Origin: Azolla caroliniana
Taxonomy: Eukaryota; Plantae; Polypodiophyta
DNA: 64,000 bases
NCBI GenBank assembly: GCA_043228905.1
Contig: JBHGNT010000016.1
Location: forward strand, 11,470,001-11,534,000
Direction: 5' to 3'
The notes under the pieces were generated by a model that saw only the letters and a list, made by a program, of their open reading frames with translations, did no database searches and was not told the origin of the DNA. This document shows, piece by piece, positions 46,501 to 58,492 of the stretch. How positions within the stretch are numbered: the first letter of the stretch is position 1; every line of letters begins with the position of its first letter. Both the position numbers and the translations under genes were made by a program.

Positions 46501-48890
46501 TGCCCCCGGTATTCCCCTCCGTTATCCGCTCGTATCGCTTTCAGCTTCTTGCTGGATTCCCTTTCCACTCTTGCGTGGAGTTCTTTGAAGACGCACAACA
46601 CTTGGTCCTTTGTCTTCAACGGTGCCATCCACAGCTTCCGGCTGTGGACATCAATGAATGTCACGAAGTACTGGGCTCCGCCATGTGACTTCGTTTCTAC
46701 TTGACACACGTCAGTGTGCACCAACTCCAATGGTGCGCTATGTCTCGTCGGTGGCCTTGAGTGGAAGGAGGTTCGGTTCTGCTTACCGGCCAAGCAATCG
46801 GTGCACTTCTCCAGGTGCACATGCCTCACTGGAATAAGGTTGTCTTCTGCAAGCCTCTTCATCCCCCTCTCACTCATGTGGCACAGTCTCTTGTGCCACA
46901 GCTCACCGGCAGTGTCGGCTGCCACGTTCAACTCCTCCGGACACAACCAGGCATTCATAAGGTACAGTGTGTTGACTTTCCGGGCCCGAGCCACTATCAG
47001 GCTCCCCTTGCTGAACTTCATTACGCCGTTCCGGATGCTACCTGTGTAGCCTTCATCGTCTAGCCTCCCGGCCGAAATCAGGTTCAATCGAACCTCCGGA
47101 ACGTGTCGGACATCCTTCAGCAACATTTTGCCTCCGGTCGAGGTTGTCAACCACACATCTCCTATGCCGGCAATCCGGCACGTACCTTCATTTCCCATCC
47201 GAACACAGCCATGCTCACCGGCTGCGTAGGATGAGAAGTATCTTCTTTCCGGGGTCAGGTGGAACGACGCTCCGGAATCGACCACCCAGGTAGTCTCATC
47301 GCCGGCAATGTTTAGTTCACCTTCTTCGGTGATGAGCATGATCTCCTCTTCACTTGCCGCGAGAGCCGTCGTTCCTTTCCGGTCCTGCTCTCGCCGATCC
47401 GAACCATTCCGGTCCGTGGCTCCCCGGTAAGCACCGTTCCGTTCCGAAGACTTCTTCGAATCGGTGTCGTCGGCTCCGTTGTCTTTTCGGTAATGCCGAC
47501 AATTTTTTCGGAAATGCCCCGGCTTCCCACAGTGGAAGCATGTGGGCCTTCCTCTTGACTGCGACCGGGTCCCCGACTTCTCCCGTCTTTGCGGACTCCG
47601 GTTCCGTTGTCTTCCCCGATCCGATTCGGTAAGCAGCATCTTCGGATCGGAGGCCGGTTCTTTATCTCTCCGACGCGCTTCTTCGTTCAAAATGCTTGTC
47701 TTTACCGTTTGTAGGGACAAGTTATCTTCGGTGCAGGAGGTGCTGAGAGTCACCACCAAGTTCTCCCAGCTTGCCGGCAATGTACACATCAGGATGATGG
47801 CTTGCATTGCATCCTCCAACGGGAACTTGATCGCCGCAAGCTGGTTCACGAATCCCATGAACGTGCTTACGTGTTCCACCATACTCTTGCCGTCCCGGTA
47901 CTTGAGGTTCACTATCTTCCTCATCAGGGAGGTCCGGTTCAACGCATTCTTCCTCTCGTAGAGGCCCGACAGCTTTTGCCACATCTCATATGCGTTGGTG
48001 TCGTTCGCCACATGTTGTAGAACGCTCACGTCGACGTATTGCCGAATGGTTGCAACGGCTTTCCGGTTCAGAAGCCTCCATTCCGTCTCAAGTACCCCCT
48101 TGGGTATTTCCGACCTGTCGATCGGTTCATACAGGTCCCGAACAATGAGCAGATCCTCCATCTTTATCTTCCAGTCGGCGTAGTTCTGCGCATTCAGCAC
48201 CATCATCCCCGGTTGCCCGCTGCTGCCGCCTTCCATTTTCTGCACTGCAGTCGCTCTGATACCAAATTGTTAGAAATTGACGCTTTCAAAACCTTCACCT
48301 CTCGGCCACAACCGAGGAAACACGAATCAATGCAGCAGAAAACGAAAACACAGAGAGAGACTCGAATGCACAGGGTTTAGCGTGGAAAAACCCTAGACGG
48401 AAAAAAAAACCACGGGAGTGCAAGACTCCAACTATCACTATACGCAGGGAATGTACAATGGCGAGCTGCAAGGCGACGACCTTGAGCTCGCTGTCCTCGC
48501 CACAGGCGGCGGTATTACACAGAGGCGTCGACCTCTTCCTCTCTCTCTCTCTGCTGCTCTCACTTCGCTCCCTCTCAGTGGAAGACAGGAAAAATGAGTA
48601 ACAACACAAAACTGTTTGCCCTAAGTCATATTTATACACATATGACTTTCGGGCTATTTACAAATATAGCCTCAAGGGCCCTTGGCAAACATATTCACAA
48701 ATATGTCCCCGCATCCGGATCTCTCTCCGGGTACATTCGTCATCCAGCTCCGTAGCCGGGGTCTTCATCATCCGGATCCGAAACCGGGTCTTCATCATCC
48801 GGCTCCGATACCGGGTACTCCTCATTCGGGTCTTCATTCCCGATTCCCAGACATCCGACCATCCCATCCGGAGGGACCGTAATCCCAACA
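43524..48890 (-). mobile_element. Copia 2: intact Tnt1/Tork-like LTR retrotransposon
   Basis: LTRs 43524-44152 and 48268-48890 (about 5 substitutions plus a 6-bp microsatellite difference); TSD GCAAC (43519-43523 / 48891-48895); tRNA-iMet PBS 48253-48264; PPT present. Confidence 0.97.
44163..48245 (-). CDS. Copia 2 gag-pol polyprotein (gag, PR, INT, RT, RNase H), uninterrupted 1360 aa
   Basis: Single ORF with CCHC knuckle, DSGA, HHCC, D-D-E, YVDD and RNase H motifs in Copia order. Confidence 0.96.
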   Translation of the reverse strand: MQKMEGGSSGQPGMMVLNAQNYADWKIKMEDLLIVRDLYEPIDRSEIPKGVLETEWRLLNRKAVATIRQYVDVSVLQHVANDTNAYEMWQKLSGLYERKNALNRTSLMRKIVNLKYRDGKSMVEHVSTFMGFVNQLAAIKFPLEDAMQAIILMCTLPASWENLVVTLSTSCTEDNLSLQTVKTSILNEEARRRDKEPASDPKMLLTESDRGRQRNRSPQRREKSGTRSQSRGRPTCFHCGKPGHFRKNCRHYRKDNGADDTDSKKSSERNGAYRGATDRNGSDRREQDRKGTTALAASEEEIMLITEEGELNIAGDETTWVVDSGASFHLTPERRYFSSYAAGEHGCVRMGNEGTCRIAGIGDVWLTTSTGGKMLLKDVRHVPEVRLNLISAGRLDDEGYTGSIRNGVMKFSKGSLIVARARKVNTLYLMNAWLCPEELNVAADTAGELWHKRLCHMSERGMKRLAEDNLIPVRHVHLEKCTDCLAGKQNRTSFHSRPPTRHSAPLELVHTDVCQVETKSHGGAQYFVTFIDVHSRKLWMAPLKTKDQVLCVFKELHARVERESSKKLKAIRADNGGEYRGQFEEYCRSKGIRLEFTMPKTPKLNGLAERMNRTIMERVRSMLAHAKLPKGFWAEAMSTATYVINRSPSVPLDGDTPQRVWTGREVSYRHLKVFGYLAYVHVAKDRRGKLDPKTRPCMFLGYGDDEFGYRVWDPVDKKIFRSRDIIFMEDKTLTDWESEKKMKSSKSTGEDQLYEEQSRPARDRLALEEPAEDGEETESAEEDETDTGTGPDPEKDSDEEETEEPVTEAPERRYPLRERRAPRRFPELEHVLLTDEGEPESFEEAKLDTHSRRWLSAMQEEMDSLHENHTYELVELPKGKRALRNKWVFKLKPGDAGNPPRYKARIVVKGFQQKKGVDFDKIFAPVVKMTSIRTVLSIAASMDLEVEQMDVKTTFLHGDLEEEIYMQQPEGFEKKGKEHLVCRLKKSLYGLKQAPRQWYRKFDSFMTDEGYHKTQSDHCVFVKKFEGGDFLILLLYVDDMLIVGRDQVKIRMLKKALHRTFSMKDLGPARQILGMHIIRDRKKKQLWLSQEKYVTKVLHRFNMSEARPVGSTLPANCKLSSKQSPKTKAEKEDMMKVPYASAVGSLMYAMVCTRPDIGYAVGVVSRYMSNPGKEHWNAAKWILRYLKGTANVCLRFGSGKPELDGFTDSDMSADADTSRSTSGYVMTYAGGAVSWQSRLQKTVALSTTEAEYMAAIEAGKEIIWMKDFIRELGIRQEEYRLYCDSQSAIHLAKNAAYHSRTKHIQRRYHWIRERIEDQEFVLTKIHTDENGSDMLTKVLTPDKLEACRKRVGLERHPMPK

Positions 48891-51071
48891 GCAACTACGA
48901 CAAGAGCTGAACAACATCCGGCAAGGAGACATGTCGGTTACGGATTACACCACCAAGATAAAGGAGATTTGTGACACACTCGGGTCCATCAACGTGATGG
49001 TGGACGAAGATGAGATGGTACAAATCTGCCTTGGTGGTCTAGCGCAAAGGTACGGGCTAATCCGGACAACGATCTACACCCGAGAGAAGCCACCGACTTG
49101 CAATCGATGCTGACGATCGAAGAAAAACATGCGAGTGGGTCGAGGACCACTCAATCGGACGACTGGATGCTGTACACGGAGACAGATCAACCCCATGGAC
49201 GTGGTGGACGAGGTGGGTCGGCACGCAATGGAGGCGGCCGACAAGAGCAAGACCGAAGGCACAGAGGTAGTGCCAATAGCAGTTCCAGACCCTCCACAAG
49301 CAGGGGGAGTCAAAGCGGTGCCGGAAGCCAGCAAGGAAAAGCCGAATGCTGGTACTGTGGCAAAAAGGGCCACAGGGAAAGTGAGTGCTGGAATAACCGC
49401 GCTGATTCGGACAAATCCGGTCGGGAAAATCGGCAAAGCTCGCACTACGCGGAAGGATCGGAAGCACAAGGCTAACTCGATGGAAAAGAGTACTTCCAAA
49501 TCGGAGGAAGTATGGTACGTTGATTTCGGAGCGTCCAACCACATGATGAGCCATGAAGAGTGGTTCTCTTTTTTGGAAAAACCGGATCAACCGGGGATTG
49601 TCGAAACCGGAGACGACACCCCTCACCCACACACCAGAACAAAATGGTGTGGCCGAGAGGAAGAACTGGCCGATTGTTGACGCGGCAAGGTCAATGCTGG
49701 AGGAGAAGAGCATGCCCCATTTCTACTGGGTTGAGGCGGTCTAGACGGTTGTCTACATCCAAAACCGGATCGGAGACAAGGTGTCAGCACATGAGCTGTA
49801 TTTCGGGCAGAAGCCGAATTTGAGACACCTTCGGATATTCGGTAGCATAGCATATGTGCATGTATCAGATGAGAAGTGGAGGAAGCTGGATCCGAAGTCG
49901 AAGAAGTGCATCCTGGTTGGTTACTCGCATGAGCAGAAGCGGTATAAGTGCTATAACCCCTGGATGAAGCAGGTCCGAGTAAGCCGAGATGTTGAGTTCG
50001 ATAAGACGGCATCGTGGTACTCCTTACCGACTCCGACTTCCGACTCTGACCCAATCCCGAAGGATGAGGACAGTGAGCCTGAACTAGTCCAGATAGAAGA
50101 TGACGAGCTTGAGACTCTAGAAGAGAGTTCGGAATTGTTTCGGTTGAGTGGACCGAACGAGCGACTGGATCAAAGTGACCAGTCGGATGAGGAACCAACG
50201 AGTAGTGGAGACTCAGCCGTGCTCTCCCTGCACAAGGAACCGAGGAGACGGATCACGCGCAAAGAGAAGGGGAAGAAGAAGATGTCGGAATACAAAACTG
50301 GCAACGTCGAGTCGGATCGGAGCGAATTCGACTTTGGAAAGGATGAAGGCAGATCGTCAGGAACGAAGTCCGAACCGGCCAAGAAGGGCCCCCAAACCGG
50401 GTGATGACAAGTTACGTCGGTATTCCCGCTAGAAGAAACCCGTTATGTGGTATGGGTACAATGAGTACATGACGCATCACTATGCGTACATGACCAAGGT
50501 GGCGGAAGTGCGTGAGCCAGAGAACTACACAGGAGCGGCAAAGGACGCAAATTGGCGTGCCGCTATGGAGGAAGAAATGCGGGCACTTGATGCCAACTGG
50601 CAATGACACATGGGACCTCGTTGACCCTCCCCGACACTATAAACCGATTGGATGTAAGTGGGTGTACAAGGTAAAGTACAACACTGCTGGTTCGGTTAAC
50701 AGGTAGAAGGCCCAGTTAGTGGCGAAGGGATACGCACAGACCCACGGAATCGACTACGATAAGACCTTCGCTCCGTCATTTCTCTCTACCTCCTATACAG
50801 TTTGTTATATTAAATGAGCAAATTGCATTTTTGGGTATAACTAGACACATATTCACAAGTGAATATCGCATTATATACCTCATATGCCCAAAAACTTCTA
50901 CAAACATTATATCCCAATCATATATGAACAACCTAAATGTAAGATCAAGTGAGCAACAACGTTGACTTAATATTATTCTGTACACTCGAAACCAAATAAA
51001 CAAGATTAAAGATCTCAGAAATCCTAGAACAAAGCTAAATTCAATTATATTAATAAAGAAACAATTATAAC

Positions 51072-51129
51072 TGTAAAGAATCAAGAGATGGATTCTTGTG
51101 AAGTGGAAGAGATGTGAGTTATGTGTGTG

Positions 51130-51222
<93 letters not shown>

Positions 51223-54200
51223 GAGAGAAACACAGAGAATACGCAAGGTAAAAGTATGTTGACAAAGGAGAAAGAATCAACACTATACAAGGTGGGAGGA
51301 GGGTGCTTTATGTAGTCACCCTCTCTCTTCATTAACTACAAGACTCATGGAGCATGGGGAATGTGAAAGCTCATAAGTTATGTGTCATAGAATATGATTC
51401 TATGACTCATACTAAATGCTAGAATACAAAGTGGTGACATAATGGTGACTCTTGACCGTTGGAGTGTCTATTCACTCTCAAGGTGAATTCACACACTAGA
51501 CCAAGTTGAGCTTGATTCTCAACACGCCCCCTCAAGCTCAAGTCGGGTCGGTTTCAGACGGTATCCGAAATCCGCTTCGACTCGCGTTCCGGAGTCCGCG
51601 TCGACTCGCGTTTATGCGGAGTTGCAGAATCCGTGCTCCAGCTTGCGTTGTGCGTAGTTACGAAGTCTGTGCTTCGGCTTGCGTCTTTCTTCGCGGCTTT
51701 GCGTAGTGTGCGTGGTTTGCGGAATCCACGCATTATTGTGTAATGTCTTTAGTACTCCCCCTCAAGCTTGGTAGGTCAGGGATCGTCAATCCAAGATCGG
51801 TCATAAATTGCCATAGCTTGTCGGCTCCTAAGGCTTTAGTGAAGATGTCGGCGGTTTGAAGATTGGTGCTAATGTGTTGTAGGTCGACATCGCCAGCTAG
51901 AACGCGCTCTCGGATGAAGTGATAGTGCACTTCGATGTACTTTGTCTGCGCGTGGAACACCGGGTTTCGAGCCAGGTAGATACTGCTCATGTTCTCACAA
52001 TAAAGGGAAGTCGGATCCTTGATGGGTACGCCCAGATCCTTGAGTATCCTCTTGAGCCATACGGCTTCACATGCAGCTACGGATGCACCCCTATATTCCG
52101 CCTCCGTACTCGAAAGAGCGACTGTAGGCAGCTTCTTGCTACTCCAGGATATTGCTCTGCTGCCGAGGGAGAAAACAAATACGGAGGTTGATCTTCTATC
52201 GGCTTTGTAGCCGGCCCAATCGGCGTCTGTGTACCCCTCGAGTCGTATTGGCATCGCGGTCTTGTAGACGATGCCGCAATCCATTGTGCTGCTCACCTAT
52301 TGTAGAACTCGCTTAGCGCAATCCAAGTGGGTATGATGCGGTGTTTGCATGAATTGGCTAAGGAGACCGACTGGATAATTGAGATCGGGTCAAGTGATCG
52401 TGAGGTAGATGAGACTCCCGATGAGTTGCCGATACTGAGTCGGCTCACACGCTTTGGTGCCGGAGTTCGCATCTAGTTTGAGATTACCATCGAGCGGGGC
52501 TGCCACGGATTTGCACTCAGCCATCCCGAACTTGTATAACAAGTTGAGGATGTAGTGCCGTTGAGAGATCAGGATTCCTGCCGAAGTCCGAATTACCTCG
52601 ATGCCGAGGAAGTAGTGGAGCTCCTTCATGTCCGTCATCTCGAACTTGTCGGAAACGAGAGATTTGACCTTAGTGATTTCGACGAGATGCTCACCTCCAA
52701 TGACTAGGTCATCCACATATAAAATGATGACGATCGGACTTGCGGAATTGCTTCGTATGTAGAGGGAGTTGTCCGATTTTGACATACGGAAGCCGATTTG
52801 ATGAAGATATTGCGTTATCTTCGAATGCCAAGCACGCGGTGCTTGCTTGAGGCCGTAGCGTGGCTTCTTGAGTCGGCAAACAGCTTTCGGATGGGTGCTC
52901 GAGTTGAAGCCAGGTGGTTGGATCATGTACACCTCCTCTTCTAATTCTCCTTGTAGAGAGGCGTTCTTGACGTTCATTTGATGGAGGTGCCACCCTTTCG
53001 CCGCGGTAAGCGCAATTACGGTCCGCACCGTTGTCATCTTTGCCATTGGAGCAAAGGTCTCTTCGTAGTCGACGCCATGTGTCTGAGCGTATCCTTTCGC
53101 TACGAGTCGAGCTTTGTAGCGGTTTACGGAGCCATCAACGTTATACTTCACCTTGTAGATCCATCTGCATCCAATCGCCTTTTTGTGTGGTGAGGTGGGA
53201 ACGAGATCCCACGTCTCGTTCTTTCGTAGTGCCTGCATCTCCTCATTCATTGCTTCGATCCATCGCGGGTCCTTCACGGCTTCCGAAAAGGTTTCCGGCT
53301 CCCGTACTGTCGATACCTTCATCATAAAGGCGTAATGGTACGCCATATAATCGTTGTAGCCGAATCGGCTTACGGGGTTCTTTTCACGAGTGGATTGGCG
53401 GAGCTTTTCATTTGCAGAGATGAGGGCTTTCTTGGCTCCGATTGGTACCTCGAAACCGCCAAACTCATTGTCGAGTGAGTGAGTCGATTCATCGTTGTCG
53501 AAATGATCGTCTTCATATTCCGCCATTTTCGCCTTGCCTTTGTCCATCTTCGGGCTAGGCTGTGATGTGCTTTGATCGCTCAAAGGCTCTTGTGGTCCGC
53601 TTAGTCGGGTCGTGATCGGACTTTCTTCGATCATGCGCGTAGGGCGATCTTCATCCTTGATCTCTTGTTCAGCAGATTCCGGGTCGAGCGGAGTCGGAGG
53701 CGAAGTTGTCTCTAGTGCGTACCAGGATGCAGACTCGTAAAAAACGACGTCTTGACTTACTCAAGATTTTCGAGTTGAGGGGTTGTAGCACTTGTATCCC
53801 TTTTGTTCGAGTGAGTATCCTACAAGGATACATTTCTCCGACTTTGGGTCAAGCTTTTGACGCTTCTCATCGTGGATGTGCACGTACGCTATCGCGCTGA
53901 ATATCCGGATGTGCGATAAGTCCGGCTTCTTTCCGAAGTATTTTTCGTGCGGAGTGACCTCGTGCACGCCGGATGTTGTGCACCGGTTCATTAGGTAGAC
54001 GACCGTATTTGCCGCTTCGGCCCAATATGACTTGGGCATATGCTTCTCGTTCATCATGGCCCGCGCTACTTCGAGGATGTGCCGTTTTTTGCGCTCTGCT
54101 ATTCCGTTTTGTTGTGGGGGTGTTGGTAAGTGAATTCTCGCCGAATTCCTTCCTTTCGGAGATACGCCGTGAAATCGTCCGAGAAGTACTCCTTGCCGCC

Positions 54201-56298
54201 ATCTGATCGAAGGCATCGTACATGTTGGCCCGTGGCTTTCTTGACTTCATTCTTGAAATTTTGGAAGTGTCCGAACACTTCGCTCTTTTGCCGCATCAGG
54301 TAGATCCAAGTGTGCCTAGAGAAGTCGTCGATGAAAAGCACGTAATATCGGCATCTGCCAAATGTAGCTGTCTGCGCCGGTCCCCATACGTCGAAATGGA
54401 CTACGTCGAATAGACCTTTGCTCACATTCCGCTCTTTCGGAAATGGGTGTCGGTGTTGCTTGCTGAATTGGCACGCTTCACATACACCTTCAATCTCCTT
54501 CTCTTTGAATGTTGGGAGTCCGATGACGACTCCTTTCAATTTCATTGCTTTGAGTTTGTTGAGATTGATGTGGCCGATTCGCTTGTGCCATAGCTCTATG
54601 TCGGAGTCGGCTTTTGTGTTTTTCGCGAACATGGCGGATTTCATCTTGCGTGAATCGAGAATGAACATCCGACCCTCTCTTCGTCCGCGTGCGATGAGTC
54701 GGCCCTCTTTTTCGATGAAACAACCGCCTTGATTAAATCGAACTTGCATCCCTTGCTCTACAATTTGGCCGACGGAGACCAAATTCTTCGTAATGGTCGG
54801 TACATGCAAGACATTTTTAATGTAATTTTGCTTACCTTCTTTTCCGAACGGAACATTGCCAATGTGCCGAATCGGGTGCGTAGTGTCGTCTTCGGTTTCA
54901 ACATAGCCGGGTCGGTCCGGCTCTCGAAGTTCTCGGAACCATTCTTGATGCGATATCATATGGTTCGAGGCACCGGAATCGATGAACCATATGTCTTCCG
55001 GACCGGAGGCACTAGTTGAGGTAGCGGCCAACATAGAGTTTGCTCTATGTTTCATCATGAACATTCCGCCACGGTCGGAGTTGTGCGCATACATTCCGCC
55101 ACGATCTTCGTAGTCGGAGTTGAGCCCGTACATTTCGCCACGGTCGGAGTTGTGTGCATACATTCCACCACGATCTTCGTAGTCGGAGTTGTGTGCATAA
55201 TTCGTGACTTGTCGGCTTGTGGAAGCCGATTCACGCATCTTCTTTCAGCACTCTTCTTCGTGGTGGCCGAGCTTTCCGCAATATCCGCATTCGGTTGCGT
55301 TTTGACGGCTGGGGCCGGAGTGGAAGCTCCCCCTTCTTGCGAAGGTTCCTCGTTGGCCTCCGTTTTGCGGCTGAAATTGGGAGTAGTTGTCGTAGGTCGG
55401 ACCTCGTCCGCCTTGTCCTTGGCCGAATTGGCCTCTCGCTCGTTCACGTCCTCTTCCTCCATTAGAGTGCGTGTAGAGCATGTGGCCTTCCGACTCATTG
55501 CTCCTTGTACGCACATGGTTTTCTTTGACCAATAGCATTGATTGGAGCTAGAAGAAGGAGGGAGATTTCTCCCGTGCTAGAACGGTGGTTCGCATCGCGC
55601 CGAATCGTGGTGCGAGGCCACCGAGGCATATTTGCACCATCTCATCATCATCTATACTTACGCTTATTGAGCCGAGCGAGTCGCAAAGCTCCTTGATCTT
55701 CAAGGTGTATGTCGTGATGGACATGTCCCTTTGTTGAATGTTGTTCAACTCTTGGCGGAGTTGAAGCTTCCTCGTGGTCGTGTTGGTGGCGAAAATCTTT
55801 TGTAGATTTTCCCACGCTTCCTTCTGCGTCTTGGCTTCTCGAATGTAACCGAGCATGTGGTTGTGAACACATGTCGCCAAACAATACATCACGCGACTTG
55901 CGGCTTGCTCCCATGTTGCGTATCCAGGAGCTGCTTCGGCGGGTCGGTCTTCATGCTTTCCTTTGATGTAGCTCCAATAGCCTTGTCTGACAAGGTATTG
56001 GTGCATCTTGTACTCCCAAGATGAGAAGTTGTTTCAATCCAACTTCTCGGTAGGGAGAGCGCTCCCCATTTTAGTATTCATTATGTCGATTCTTCTTCTT
56101 CTTCTTCTCTCTTCAAATGCGAGCTATGTAGTGAAGATACGATAGCGATAAGCCGGTTCTTGGTCGTTGGTGTGGAGTACAACACACGATCATGATGAGG
56201 CAAATGGGCTAGATCGAGCTATCAAATCGCTCTGATACCATGTAAAGAATCAAGAGATGGATTCTTGTGAAGCGGAAGAGATGTGAGTTATGTGTGTG

Positions 56299-56335
<37 letters not shown>

Positions 56336-56627
56336 CACAGAATACGCAAGGTAAAAGTATGTTGACAAAGGAGAAAGAATCAACACTATACAAGGTGGGA
56401 GGAGGGTGCTTTATGTAGTCACCCTCTCTCTTCATTAACTACAAGACTCATGGAGCATGGGGAATGTGAAAGCTCATAAGTTATGTGTCATAGAATATGA
56501 TTCTATGACTCATACTAAATGCTAGAATACAAAGTGGTGACATAATGGTGACTCTTGACCGTTGGAGTGTCTATTCACTCTCAAGGTGAGTTCACACACT
56601 AGACCAAGTTGAGCTTGATTCTCGACA
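51072..56627 (-). mobile_element. Copia F: full-length but degraded (gag, PR, INT, RT, RH)
   Basis: LTRs 51072-51524 and 56241-56627 (length difference is the GA tract); TSD ATAAC; PBS 56229-56240; WFIDSGASNHM, LYVDDL, YTDADWAG; several stops and frameshifts. Confidence 0.95.
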
Positions 56628-58348
56628 ATAACCAACATTTGTTATGCAATCGATAAGTTCATCATCATCTATTCAATAAAAATTATACTTAACAACCACA
56701 CACTTTGCGAGTCAACCAATACAAATATATGATATACAATTAAAGTTTGCAAACCAATTAGATAGTGTAAAGAAATGGTACTCAAACAAAATAATCTTAT
56801 ATTCCAAAACAAGTTTAGTTTACAATTTTATAGTTACAAATACAAACTAATATACAATCACTCCATTAGGAGGTTTGAAACAGGCTGCTCTCCAAGATCA
56901 ACTGACAATGGTGCTGCATCGACACGTTCTGTCTCGTCAGCTGAATCTTGTATATGATTAGAACCCGGTGCATCTTCAAGGTCAACAAGGTCGCCTCCTT
57001 CCTTGTCTATAGGTTCCATCAGCTCTGTGGAGGCCATCTGAAACATCTCTGTTTGGTTGATATGCTTTGCCCCAACCTCTTGGTCCTGGTCGGGACAATC
57101 CCAAATGCCTTGGATCCTCATCTTAATAAAATTGACTTGGTCAGGGTCCTTTTCTAATGTGATGCAGTTCCTGAACAGTTTAAGAGCACATGCAGTCGTC
57201 GTTCCTAAATAAACAATCACACATTCAAAAGTAAGAAAACATGAGAAGAAATAATATTTCATTCTTAAAAAAATTGATGAAACTTATGAGATTACCTATT
57301 CTAGAAAATAAGTCTAGAATCCAATCATTAGGGTTCGAGAACAACTCGACCAATCGATTAATCAATTGTTGGGGCTTTTGATAAGGGTTTACTAAACTCT
57401 TATCGCCAGACACGTGGTGCAATTTCTTTGTTACAACTAGGCACATGATATAGTTGACAACGTTCCGCTCATTAACATGTGCCTGAGCCTTCTTCTTAGA
57501 AATTGCGTCGTAGTAGCCCACACACATGTACTCCACAACGCTCACCATTCGATCACCTTGGGTACTAGTTATGTTCGTTTTAACCCTATTTTATAATGGA
57601 ATCGAAACAAGTTAATAAATATGTAGTAATCAACATAGAATCCATACATTAAATATATAGTAACATAATGCTTGTCAATGCATATGTTCGGTGGCATGGC
57701 ATCTTGACTTCAATGCAGTCATGATCGATAATGCCTGGCCCATATTGTGAAATATAACAATATGCTATAATGGTGCTAGGGTTAGCTCCGCGAAGTCCTT
57801 AACCATCTTCTCTATTTGCAAATATTTGTATGGCACATCGTCATATGTCGAGCTTGATATTTTGAAGCCATATGGTATATCCGCGACGAGCAATGTATAA
57901 TGTCTCTTGGGTAATATGTCAAGCATATTACCCAAGCATATTACCCACATCACCATTATATACACTATAATACAATTGTTGGAAAGGATCACTCTTGTGC
58001 AAAAAGCTTTTGATGGTATCTGAGTCCTCAGGCACCTCGAGCTCCTTTCCTTTTGTCATACGTTTCTCGTATTTAGCTTGTTCCAAATGGATGATGAAGG
58101 CGCTAGGTATGCCTTCATTGTTGTCACTATTCTTCTTTGAACGAGGTAGTTTCTATAATTATAAATTTTGTAAGAAGAAACCCATTATCTAAAAATCAAT
58201 TAATATTTGTAGAACATACATACCCATTCTCTAAACACGATAAAGAATTCTTCAAGAGCCTTGTAAGATGATGTTTTTGGGCAAGATTGCTCCACTTCTT
58301 CCCACATAGGCAAGGACAAGTTTTTCATCATCAGCTCTTGAATCTTCA

Positions 58349-58432
58349 TGTTAAGAATTAGGTAAGTAATTAAGCAAGGGTTAATTAGTACCTAATTATG
58401 TGATTAGTTGATAAGCGGAAGATTAAGTGATA

Positions 58433-58492
<60 letters not shown>

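Larger units (their letters stand above)
42661..50776 (+). mobile_element. Copia E: 3'-truncated, degraded, host to Copia 2
   Basis: 5' LTR 42661-43110, PBS TGGTATCAGAG at 43111; gag from 43204 resumes in frame after Copia 2 (RKLQLRQE); partial integrase; RT start ends abruptly at DYDKTFAP (~50775); no 3' LTR. Confidence 0.88.

Noticed and set aside
50776-51332. SLSLSL / ERERER low-complexity ORFs (also 1165-1416, 19464-19655, 30653-31231, 58408-58629)
   Set aside because: Translations of GA, TA and GAA microsatellites.
56858-58224. Bacterial contamination as the source of the methyltransferase
   Set aside because: It has spliceosomal introns with correct phases and a plant Copia insertion with TSD inside an exon, so it is nuclear plant DNA.
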